Source: a virus
Taxonomy: Duplodnaviria; Caudoviricetes
DNA length: 58,198 nucleotides
IMG/VR virus record: IMGVR_UViG_3300025723_000042
Coordinates: 1-58,198 of that record
Strand: one strand, 5' to 3'
Below, piece by piece: positions 1 to 7,847 of the stretch; the stretch's first letter is position 1; each line of letters begins with the position of its first letter. The notes beneath the pieces were generated by a model. The model was not told the DNA's origin. It made no database searches and was given only the letters and a program-made list of their open reading frames with translations. The position numbers and the translations under genes are program-made.

Positions 1-2
1 GC

Positions 3-224
3 GTATTAGAAAGCGGTTTAACCGAATATCGTAGATTTATTCCTCAAATTAGTGTAAAATTGCCTTATATAGGACAGCTAGGATATAATGCTACAATTAA
101 AATTGACGACAAAAATTTCGACGCTACTAATCCCGGCGTTTGGTGTGTGCCAATCGGTGCTATCACTCAAAGGAAATATTTTACTAATTGGGACGAATAT
201 ACGAAAGATGAGATCATAAAATGA
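3..224 (+). CDS. C-terminal part of a phage hypothetical protein (5' truncated by the window)
   Basis: Open frame 3 from the window edge (VLESGLTEYRRFIPQISVKLPY...IDDKNFDATNPGVWC...DEIIK*). Its TGA overlaps the next ATG (ATGA 221-224). Not in the ORF track. Confidence 0.75.
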   Translation, partial: VLESGLTEYRRFIPQISVKLPYIGQLGYNATIKIDDKNFDATNPGVWCVPIGAITQRKYFTNWDEYTKDEIIK

Positions 225-805
225 AATCTGCAAGAGTAAGCGTTATTAAAAATAATATAGAACCCGGAAGTCGAATACCTAATGTTAGGAATGATGCTAC
301 TGTAGGACAGTGGGCTGATCAAGAACTAGTCAATAAAGGACATAGTATCGATAAAAGCGGTACAGTTGATATGCCTGAATATGGAATTGATAATAAGACT
401 AGAAAAAAAGGTAGCAAAGCTAATCATACGATTGGTTCGTGGCTTATTGAAAAGATATTAGCTACTCCTAAATGGACTAATACACCGTTTTATCAGAAGT
501 CAAAAAATCAAAATCAGATCGAATGGGATCCAAACTTCATGGAAGTTAGCAAGGTAAAGATTGTAGATATGGAGATCGATGCCATCCAACAAAAATTGGA
601 AGAGGGATATATTGATGTCTGGACACAATTAAAAGAAGGCGATCGATCTAAAGAAATTAAAAGTAATAATGGATGGGTAGTATTAGATGGGTATGGCAAT
701 GAAAAATCCTATAGAATGCGAATTACAGATAAAGCTATGAAACAAATACATAATATTTCAGGTGCTAGAGATCAGTGGAACAGTATGTTTTTGGAGGTTA
801 AATGA
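221..805 (+). CDS. hypothetical protein, possible PD-(D/E)XK (MutH/restriction-like) nuclease
   Basis: 194-aa ORF coupled to both neighbours by ATGA-type overlaps. GQWADQEL...VDMPEYGIDNKTR resembles the PD..(D/E)xK core. Confidence 0.45.
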   Translation: MKSARVSVIKNNIEPGSRIPNVRNDATVGQWADQELVNKGHSIDKSGTVDMPEYGIDNKTRKKGSKANHTIGSWLIEKILATPKWTNTPFYQKSKNQNQIEWDPNFMEVSKVKIVDMEIDAIQQKLEEGYIDVWTQLKEGDRSKEIKSNNGWVVLDGYGNEKSYRMRITDKAMKQIHNISGARDQWNSMFLEVK

Positions 806-1197
806 CTAGTATTTTAAGAAGAGCTTGGCGTCCTAATAAAATGATCTGGGTGACTTTCCAGAAAGAAGGCATTCACGCTTATCCGGCTGCCGCAACAGAT
901 CCAAACTTAGCAACAGGAGATGAATATGATGTATCGTTTTTGGCTACTCCTCATCGTCATATATTCCATTTTCGTGTGTGGCTTTCAGTTACCCACAACA
1001 ATCGTGACGTCGAGTTTATACAATTTAAACGATGGTTGGAAAATCTCTACAAAGATAGTATACTAAAATTAGATTATAAGAGTTGCGAAATGATGTCAGA
1101 TGATTTATATGACATGATTTCACAAAAGTATCCAGATCGAGAGGTTTGGATTGAGGTCTCCGAAGATGGAGAAAATGGTTCATTTATTAAATATTAA
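802..1197 (+). CDS. QueD-like T-fold protein (DpdL-type, 7-deazaguanine pathway)
   Basis: EGIH..YP, LATPHRHIFHF, RDVEFIQFK, SCE and EVSEDGENG give a 6-pyruvoyl-tetrahydropterin synthase/QueD fold with LxxxHRHxF in place of CxxxHGH. Lies near folE and queE. Confidence 0.75.
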   Translation: MTSILRRAWRPNKMIWVTFQKEGIHAYPAAATDPNLATGDEYDVSFLATPHRHIFHFRVWLSVTHNNRDVEFIQFKRWLENLYKDSILKLDYKSCEMMSDDLYDMISQKYPDREVWIEVSEDGENGSFIKY

Positions 1198-1208
1198 GGA
1201 AAGCTATA

Positions 1209-1466
1209 ATGGCTAAGAATTACAAGGACTTTAGTTATTTCGAAACACGTCCCGATATTGTTAAGATTTTCGATGATCTGGAATCGTTCCATGATTACTG
1301 TAGATTGGAGTTACATCCATTTGATGAAAGTCATCTTTATAACAGGGAAAGTTGGGTTTGGCGTAACTTTGAAAAGTCACGTCGTCCTAAGAAACCGTTT
1401 ACAGGTGAACGTAAACCATACCTAGGTAAAAATTCACGTTATAATAATGAACGTTTTTCTAATTGA
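1209..1466 (+). CDS. hypothetical protein
   Basis: 85 aa, AAGGA RBS, overlaps the next gene. Confidence 0.7.
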   Translation: MAKNYKDFSYFETRPDIVKIFDDLESFHDYCRLELHPFDESHLYNRESWVWRNFEKSRRPKKPFTGERKPYLGKNSRYNNERFSN

Positions 1467-2547
1467 TCTAGAAGCGGTTGAAACCAGGTACACCGGCGAA
1501 TGGAAACGCCATGTACCTGCACTCTTACGAAAGGCAGGACACAATGTTCAAATTATCGCTGGCCCTACGGATATTCCTACAGCCACTACTCCTGGTGCTT
1601 TTCTTAATTTTGGTGGCACCAATATATACAAGTCTAGTCAAGTTGAACAAATGGGCAGGCTTTTTTGCTCCGGATCAGTACAGCCTGGCGATCACTTCTT
1701 GTTTACCGATGCTTGGCATCCTGGCATCATAAACCTAAAGTACATGAGTGAACTACTAAACATTCCAGTAGTCACTCATGGGTTGTGGCATGCTGGTAGT
1801 TATGATCCTCAAGACTTTTTAGGAAGACTTGTTGGTGCTAAACCCTGGGTTAGACATGCAGAACAAAGTTTTTATCATGCTTTTGATCATAATTACTTTG
1901 CTACTAAGTTTCATATGGAACTGTTCTTCAGAGAATTACTCAACGGAGGATTTCAAAATGAAAATCCTTGGTACGAAGAAGATCTAGAAGAAGTATTATC
2001 CAGCAAATTTCCTAAGATGCAACAAACAGGTTGGCCTATGGAGTATATGGAAGATACATTGCTAGCATATAAAAATATGCCCAAGCGTGACCTAATTCTT
2101 TTTCCGCATCGCATCGCACCTGAGAAGCAAGTTGAGATTTTTAGAGATTTGGCAATACACTTACCGCAGTATGAATTTGTAGTGTGTCAGGATCAACAAC
2201 TAACAAAAAATGAATATCATAACTTGTTAGGCGAAGCGAAGATGGTGTTTAGTGCTAACTTACAAGAAACACTAGGCATTAGTTGCTATGAAGGTGCAGT
2301 GGTTGATGCTATTCCCATGGTTCCGGATAGACTTAGTTACACAGAAATGTATTACGATACTTTTAAGTACGACAGCAAGTGGACTGAAAGTTTTGATGCT
2401 TATACAGTTTATCGTCCAGATTTATGCCGTAAGATAATGGAACATATGGATAATTATTCTACAAGAATTCCTATGATCCGAAAACAAGCAAAGGATTTAC
2501 ATGACAATTTCTTCAGTGCCAACGAACTCCTTCGAATGGTCAAGTGA
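1447..2547 (+). CDS. GT-B fold (GT4-like) glycosyltransferase
   Basis: C-terminal FPHRIAPEKQ and SANLQETLGISCYEG...PMVPDRLSYTEM match the GT-B donor-binding signature (R..xEK; E.FG...E). Confidence 0.75.
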   Translation: MNVFLIDLEAVETRYTGEWKRHVPALLRKAGHNVQIIAGPTDIPTATTPGAFLNFGGTNIYKSSQVEQMGRLFCSGSVQPGDHFLFTDAWHPGIINLKYMSELLNIPVVTHGLWHAGSYDPQDFLGRLVGAKPWVRHAEQSFYHAFDHNYFATKFHMELFFRELLNGGFQNENPWYEEDLEEVLSSKFPKMQQTGWPMEYMEDTLLAYKNMPKRDLILFPHRIAPEKQVEIFRDLAIHLPQYEFVVCQDQQLTKNEYHNLLGEAKMVFSANLQETLGISCYEGAVVDAIPMVPDRLSYTEMYYDTFKYDSKWTESFDAYTVYRPDLCRKIMEHMDNYSTRIPMIRKQAKDLHDNFFSANELLRMVK

Positions 2548-2950
2548 TAGTACCGGTGCTGGTTTTATAGCACAAGATGTTATAACATTAGATCCTAGTA
2601 TGTTGGCCAATATCAGTGCCGCTGCCGGTGGTACCGGTAATGTTACTATTAGTAACACAACTGGAACTAGTTACTATTATACTGGCGCAGGTATTAGTAA
2701 TAGCGGCACAATATCTATCAGCGCCATCGGATCTGGTGCAACTGTCACACTTAATGGTGCCGGTACTGGATACGATTGGTCGCAATCATTTCCAGTAGAT
2801 TTTGTCAACGCATTTCCCGACTGGGATAAAGTACAAAAGATGTGCGAAGAATATCCCGGATTAAAAATAGCATTTGAAAAATTTAAGACAACTTATAAAC
2901 TAGTAGTAGACCATTATGATACTCCAGAAGATAAAAGACCACGTCCTTAA
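2501..2950 (+). CDS. hypothetical protein (Ser/Thr/Gly-rich N-terminus, helical C-terminus)
   Basis: 149-aa ORF overlapping both neighbours; C-terminal KMCEEYPGLKIAFEKFKTTYKLV. Confidence 0.65.
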   Translation: MTISSVPTNSFEWSSDSTGAGFIAQDVITLDPSMLANISAAAGGTGNVTISNTTGTSYYYTGAGISNSGTISISAIGSGATVTLNGAGTGYDWSQSFPVDFVNAFPDWDKVQKMCEEYPGLKIAFEKFKTTYKLVVDHYDTPEDKRPRP

Positions 2951-3410
2951 TTGGCTTGAACGCCACGACCGTAAACGCATTATTATGGATCGTGCAGAAA
3001 ACGAACCATATTTAGAACGCTACTATGTTCTATTCAAAGAACGTGTAACATTTCCATACAATGTGTTCTTACACAAGTTCTTAAAATCAGATCCAGATGA
3101 TGTGCATGATCATCCATGGAACTACTTTACTATTATTCTTGCCGGCGGTTACTATGAGTGGATCGCTCAGTTTAATGAAGATGGTACAAAGAATTGTGAA
3201 GTAAGAGTATGGCGTGGTCCAGGTAGTTTCCGTTTCGGCAACACGCATACATTTCACCGTATTGAATTAAAAGAAGGCGTTACTCCATGGACATTGTTCT
3301 TTGTGGGTAAGCGCCAACGTGAGTGGGGATTTATTGTAGAAAATAAATGGATCCACTTCGAAAAATACTTATCAGATAGAAAGAATGGCTTACTTTCCAA
3401 CACCAATTAA
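2916..3410 (+). CDS. RmlC-like cupin protein
   Basis: LHKFLKSDPDDVHDHPW..FTIILAGGYYE and FHRIEL..WTLFF give cupin motifs 1 and 2 (HxH...E...H). Confidence 0.7.
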   Translation: MILQKIKDHVLNWLERHDRKRIIMDRAENEPYLERYYVLFKERVTFPYNVFLHKFLKSDPDDVHDHPWNYFTIILAGGYYEWIAQFNEDGTKNCEVRVWRGPGSFRFGNTHTFHRIELKEGVTPWTLFFVGKRQREWGFIVENKWIHFEKYLSDRKNGLLSNTN

Positions 3411-3783
3411 CGTATCGACAGCTAATCACGCTGTCCCTGTTCTAACTAATACTACCGTACCAAATGGTGGTTACATAACATCAACTGGAACCAACACTGT
3501 TTGGACTACTGGTACTAGTGTCGCCAATCCTTATGATGTTGCAATGACTATCAAACAAACCAATCCGCCAGAATTAGAAGTTAAAGGTCGTATGGTTATC
3601 AATGGCGTAGATCTTGAAGAACGGCTAAAGACTATTGAAAAAGTCTTGGCAATTCCAGAACGTGATGTTATACTAGAAGCTAAACATCCTAAATTGAAAA
3701 AGATGTACGATGACTATATTAAGGAATTATCCAAATATAGAATGTGGGAAACAATAAAAGGAGATGACGATGGAACTACATGA
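3385..3783 (+). CDS. hypothetical protein
   Basis: 132 aa; Thr-rich N-terminus; C-terminal LEERLKTIEKVLAIPERD..LEAKHPKLKKMYDDY. Confidence 0.65.
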   Translation: MAYFPTPINVSTANHAVPVLTNTTVPNGGYITSTGTNTVWTTGTSVANPYDVAMTIKQTNPPELEVKGRMVINGVDLEERLKTIEKVLAIPERDVILEAKHPKLKKMYDDYIKELSKYRMWETIKGDDDGTT

Positions 3784-4000
3784 ATCAGTTAAAGATACCT
3801 ATAAAGAAATGGTTATTAAAGAACACGAAGGTTTTCGTCTTGTGTTAAAAAAGCATGAAGTACTTGCACCCAAAGGTTTATTCAGCATTAATTTAGAGCA
3901 ACAAACATTAAAAGATGGTGATATCATTGATACCGCTGTTTATAACTATTTTATGACTAAAGAAGAATTACAAACACTAGCATATGGCCTAACAGCATGA
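3770..4000 (+). CDS. hypothetical protein
   Basis: ORF with GGAG RBS; start at 3764 or 3770. Confidence 0.65.
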   Translation: MELHESVKDTYKEMVIKEHEGFRLVLKKHEVLAPKGLFSINLEQQTLKDGDIIDTAVYNYFMTKEELQTLAYGLTA

Positions 4001-4488
4001 AGAAAGTTTACTATACCTGGCAACAAGTCGAAGGAGCGGTATTAGATATCGCTCGCCAAATGTCAGCACACGATTGGAAGCCTGACTATATTGTAGGTAT
4101 AACCCGCGGTGGACTTGTACCAGCTAATTTACTAAGTCAATATACTGGCGTCAAGATGTCAAGTTTAGATGTTAGTCTACGAGACGGTGGCGATTGTGTA
4201 AGTAACTGTAGTATGAGTGAAGATGCTTACGAAGGTAAAAAGATTCTTGTTGTTGATGATATCAATGATCAAGGATCTACTGTCGCTTGGATTAAAAAAG
4301 ATTGGCAAAACAGTTGCTTGCCAGGCGAAACACAATGGCAACATGTATGGGGCGACAATGTTCGCTTCGCAGTATTAACGCACAATCTCGGTAGTGAATT
4401 TAAAGATCCAGATTACTATGTCTGGACTGTAGATAAACGAGACGAAGATTGTTGGTTAGTTTATCCTTGGGAGGATTTTTGGTTATGA
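3997..4488 (+). CDS. type I phosphoribosyltransferase (xanthine/guanine PRTase-like)
   Basis: YYTWQQV, IVGITRGGLVPA, the PRPP-binding loop ILVVDDINDQGST and C-terminal WLVYPWE are Gpt-like. Confidence 0.85.
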   Translation: MKKVYYTWQQVEGAVLDIARQMSAHDWKPDYIVGITRGGLVPANLLSQYTGVKMSSLDVSLRDGGDCVSNCSMSEDAYEGKKILVVDDINDQGSTVAWIKKDWQNSCLPGETQWQHVWGDNVRFAVLTHNLGSEFKDPDYYVWTVDKRDEDCWLVYPWEDFWL

Positions 4489-4676
4489 CATCAGCATTAA
4501 TTAAGTTATTATTCGGTATTGCGCTAATTTTAATTGCCGTTATATTTGGACCTATTGTAGGTATTTGGAGTTTGAACACTTTATTTCCTACACTGGCAAT
4601 TCCATATACTTGGCAAACTTGGTTAGCTTTTAATTGTTTGTTTGGCGGTAGCATTGCCGCTAGGATTAAAAAATGA
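4485..4676 (+). CDS. small membrane protein
   Basis: ATG 4485 after GGAGG; two hydrophobic segments. Confidence 0.6.
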   Translation: MTSALIKLLFGIALILIAVIFGPIVGIWSLNTLFPTLAIPYTWQTWLAFNCLFGGSIAARIKK

Positions 4677-4843
4677 AAGAACTAACCGTAGAACAACTTC
4701 AAGATAAAATTAAAAAAATTGAAGAAGATTTAAAAAGCGTCAATAATGAAAAGGGTCGAGAGGCCCTATCTTCATATATTGATTTTCTAAGAGATGAACT
4801 CAAGGCTGCTGAAATAAAAGTAAATGGAAAATTGCAAAGTTAG
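4673..4843 (+). CDS. small coiled-coil hypothetical protein (56 aa)
   Basis: MKELTVEQLQDKIKKIEEDLK...GKLQS* fills the gap with an ATGA overlap. Not in the ORF track. Confidence 0.6.
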   Translation: MKELTVEQLQDKIKKIEEDLKSVNNEKGREALSSYIDFLRDELKAAEIKVNGKLQS

Positions 4844-5042
4844 TAAAGCATGGGAAATTAAACTGCTTTGGAATAACCAAAACAAATATTGGTGGAACGA
4901 AGTTTGTGCCGATGTAGTAGAAGTATTTGGCTTACCTGGAGAACGGTTTACAAGTCATCCTCATGAAGATTGTATGCTGTTTAGATTTAAATCAAAAAAG
5001 GATTATCATTTATGCAAAATTCTACTATCAGACAAAATTTAG
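4824..5042 (+). CDS. hypothetical protein
   Basis: 72 aa; WWNEVCADVVEVFGLPGERF; in operon. Confidence 0.6.
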   Translation: MENCKVSKAWEIKLLWNNQNKYWWNEVCADVVEVFGLPGERFTSHPHEDCMLFRFKSKKDYHLCKILLSDKI

Positions 5043-5230
5043 ACTTTGTACTAGTAGTGTTAACGGGCGCAGGATTATTGGTATTCGGATTGTATATGGC
5101 TATTCATTACCCCCATGTTACTGTTAGATATGATTGTTCGATATCGGAAATCTCGCCTGATTATCCGATTGAAGTAAAAGAAGCCTGCCGACAACTTCGA
5201 GCAGGAAAAATATTGCTATCGCCTAAATAA
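5012..5230 (+). CDS. small membrane protein
   Basis: One TM segment followed by YDCSISEISPDYP.EVKEACR. Confidence 0.6.
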   Translation: MQNSTIRQNLDFVLVVLTGAGLLVFGLYMAIHYPHVTVRYDCSISEISPDYPIEVKEACRQLRAGKILLSPK

Positions 5231-5241
5231 ACCTATATAAT
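5213..5241 (+). promoter_or_regulatory. sigma70-type promoter of folE with a nested late-type TAAATA
   Basis: TTGCTA(5213-5218)-17 nt-TATAAT(5236-5241); TAAATA at 5224-5229. Confidence 0.55.
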
Positions 5242-5258
5242 AGTACAAAGGAACACTT

Positions 5259-6017
5259 ATGACAGAATCACAAACATATAAATTTGAAACAGGGTTAGAT
5301 GCTATGACAGGAGATGGCGGATACGAAGAGTGCAACTTGGCAGATGTTATCCGCTTTAAGATGAAGCGTGATAACAAACGTTTTTGGGCTGGCGATAACA
5401 TCAGCGAATATGTTACAGAAGAATTTAAAGAAAAACTAATCGACGAAGCAACAGAAGCATTTGAAACCGTGCTAGATAGATTGCTTATTGATCGTGAAAA
5501 CGATCCTAATAGCAAAGGCACAGCTCGTCGCCTTGCTAAGATGTATTTTAATGAAGTAATGAGTGGCAGATATGACCCAGCACCAGACGCAACAGCATTT
5601 CCAAACGATGGCGAAGACAGATACGAAGGTATGTTGGTGGTACGTAGTGAGCTCCGCTCTATGTGCAGTCATCATCATCAGCCCGTTGTTGGTGTCGCTT
5701 ACATTGGCATCATTGCCGCACAAAAACTTATTGGTTTGTCTAAGTACACTCGTATTGCTCAGTGGTGTGCTCGTCGCGGCACTCTCCAGGAAGAGTTGTG
5801 TAACGATATTGCTAGGGAAATAAGCAAGGCAACTGATTCAGAAAATATAGCAGTCTATGTACAAGCAGTACATGGATGTTGCGAAAACAGAGGTATTATG
5901 GCTAAAAGTAGTTTAACACAGACTACTGTATTAAAAGGTGCATTTAAAGATGATCCAGGTACAAAGAAAGAATTCTTTGACAATATCAAAATGCAACAGG
6001 AGTACGCTTCTAAATGA
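5259..6017 (+). CDS. folE: GTP cyclohydrolase I
   Basis: TARRLAKMY, SMCSHH, IGLSKYTRI, LQEE and HGCCENRG are the Zn ligands and signature of GCYH-I. Confidence 0.95.
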   Translation: MTESQTYKFETGLDAMTGDGGYEECNLADVIRFKMKRDNKRFWAGDNISEYVTEEFKEKLIDEATEAFETVLDRLLIDRENDPNSKGTARRLAKMYFNEVMSGRYDPAPDATAFPNDGEDRYEGMLVVRSELRSMCSHHHQPVVGVAYIGIIAAQKLIGLSKYTRIAQWCARRGTLQEELCNDIAREISKATDSENIAVYVQAVHGCCENRGIMAKSSLTQTTVLKGAFKDDPGTKKEFFDNIKMQQEYASK

Positions 6018-6202
6018 TTAAAAAAGTATTTGCAAGAATACTGAGTGAAGTGTTATACTATTTAGGTCATTGGATTAGTTTTCCAATGCATTGGTTTGAT
6101 TTAGGATTTGTATACCCGATCTATAATCGATTAATGTGTTGGAGTAGCGATATACAAGACTGGGCTGGAAATGACGAGCCTTGGAGGAAAGTAGATGACT
6201 AA
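6014..6202 (+). CDS. hypothetical protein
   Basis: 62 aa; overlapping start/stop with neighbours. Confidence 0.55.
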   Translation: MIKKVFARILSEVLYYLGHWISFPMHWFDLGFVYPIYNRLMCWSSDIQDWAGNDEPWRKVDD

Positions 6203-6425
6203 TGCAAAACAATTAACTGACGAACTTATCTATCGTATGAAAAATACTACGATGGAAAAATTCACAATTAAACGTGAAGTAGGTGATAATTGGATGCCAA
6301 ATGGCACTATTCCATTTGACCTTCGAGCCAGTAAAGGTATAGCTACATTTGAAGTATGGGCTGAAAGTATTCAAGATGCAGAAGATCAAGTAAGTCAATT
6401 TTTAGAGAAAGATGAAGATGAGTAA
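6195..6425 (+). CDS. hypothetical protein
   Basis: 76 aa; GGAGG RBS. Confidence 0.6.
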   Translation: MTNAKQLTDELIYRMKNTTMEKFTIKREVGDNWMPNGTIPFDLRASKGIATFEVWAESIQDAEDQVSQFLEKDEDE

Positions 6426-7263
6426 GATTAAAATCGCGGAATTATTTTATAGTATACAAGGTGAAGGACGTTACATGGGTGTACCGTCTGTTTTCTTACG
6501 CACATTCGGTTGTAATTTTAAATGCGCTGGCTTTGGTATGCCTCGTGGCGAACTAAGCACAGAAGCAGAAGAACTTGCTCAAGTTGTACACTTATATAAC
6601 AAATATGAAGAATTACCTTTGGTTTCTACGGGGTGTGATAGTTATGCTAGTTGGCATCCTAGTTTTAAAGAACTTAGTCCAATGCTCACCTCAGACGCTA
6701 TCGCAGATAGAATCATGGAAATCTTACCACAAACGCATTGGGAATCAGAGCACCTCGTTATAACAGGCGGTGAACCATTGCTAGGCTGGCAACGTGCTTA
6801 TCCAGACTTGTTAAACAATTCTAAAATGAAAGGTTTAAAAGAAATTACCTTTGAAACAAATGGTACTCAAAAACTTACTCCAGAATTTAAAGGTTACTTA
6901 ACTAAATGGAATAGTGAAGTAGGTAAAGAGCTTACATTTAGTGTAAGTGCTAAATTACCAGCAAGTGGTGAAAAGTGGGAAGAAGCAATTTTACCAGAAG
7001 TTGTTTGTGAATACGAACAAGTAGGAACAACGTATTTAAAATTAGTAGTAGCAACAGAAGAGGATGTTAAAGATGCAGAACGAGCAGTTGAACAATACAG
7101 AACGGCGGGCTTTAAAGGTCACGTATATCTTATGCCTGTTGGCGGTGTTGAGTCTGTTTATAATCTCAATGCTAAGTCCGTTGCCCTTGCCGCAATGAAG
7201 CGAGGCTGGCGATACAGTGATCGTTTACAAGTACCACTGTTTAAAAACGAATGGGGAACTTAA
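6418..7263 (+). CDS. queE: 7-carboxy-7-deazaguanine synthase (radical SAM)
   Basis: IAELFYSIQGEG, VFLRTFGCNFKC...GCDS, VITGGEPLL, FETNGT and YSDRLQV. Start may be 6412. Confidence 0.92.
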   Translation: MSKIKIAELFYSIQGEGRYMGVPSVFLRTFGCNFKCAGFGMPRGELSTEAEELAQVVHLYNKYEELPLVSTGCDSYASWHPSFKELSPMLTSDAIADRIMEILPQTHWESEHLVITGGEPLLGWQRAYPDLLNNSKMKGLKEITFETNGTQKLTPEFKGYLTKWNSEVGKELTFSVSAKLPASGEKWEEAILPEVVCEYEQVGTTYLKLVVATEEDVKDAERAVEQYRTAGFKGHVYLMPVGGVESVYNLNAKSVALAAMKRGWRYSDRLQVPLFKNEWGT

Positions 7264-7264
7264 T

Positions 7265-7420
7265 ATGTGGTTTTGGATCTGTGTTATATGTGGTTGGGTA
7301 ATACTTAGTTTTCCGCTAGGTATTTTGGTTGGGAGAATATTTAAACTTGGAGAACCAAGTGCCTGTACTGGCAATTGTAACCAAGGTCGAAACTGTACAT
7401 GTGGAAATAAAAATGATTAA
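7265..7420 (+). CDS. small membrane protein with Cys-rich tail
   Basis: TM helix followed by CTGNCNQGRNCTC. Confidence 0.55.
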   Translation: MWFWICVICGWVILSFPLGILVGRIFKLGEPSACTGNCNQGRNCTCGNKND

Positions 7421-7847
7421 AAATTTATTTAAGAAAATGTTAGGTATTGATAAGTTAGAAGAAAACTTAAAAGTACTTAAAGAAATGGAAACAAAGGCTG
7501 TAGCAGAAACAGCCAAAGCTCAAACTGCCGAGCAAGAAGCTAAGATGGATCCTAAAGCTCGTGCTACTGCTCGTGGTGAGCCGTATGTGGCTGTATTGGA
7601 TACTAAAGTTAATCCAGATAATGTACGTAATGGGTTTTTTGAGCTTGACTGGAACGACGAATTTGTAGTACAATTAAAACAAGCTGGTTATGGTTTTGAT
7701 GGTGATCCTGAAGAAGAGATTGTAGATCGTTGGTTCAGAGATTTAGCCGCAAATATGCTAGCCGAGGCAGGACAAGATCCTAGTAGATCTAGTGCTGGTT
7801 ATATTAACGTAAGTAAATTGCCTAATGGCAGAGCACAAATCGAATGA
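7413..7847 (+). CDS. conserved-looking phage hypothetical protein
   Basis: ATG 7413; GFFELDWNDEFV...EEIVDRWF. Confidence 0.7.
   Translation: MIKNLFKKMLGIDKLEENLKVLKEMETKAVAETAKAQTAEQEAKMDPKARATARGEPYVAVLDTKVNPDNVRNGFFELDWNDEFVVQLKQAGYGFDGDPEEEIVDRWFRDLAANMLAEAGQDPSRSSAGYINVSKLPNGRAQIE

Noticed and set aside
5259-7263. folE/queE as tRNA queuosine or folate auxiliary genes
   Set aside because: No queC, queF, tgt, queA or folate genes are visible, and in phages this set usually serves DNA modification. Not fully excluded, because the cluster is truncated.
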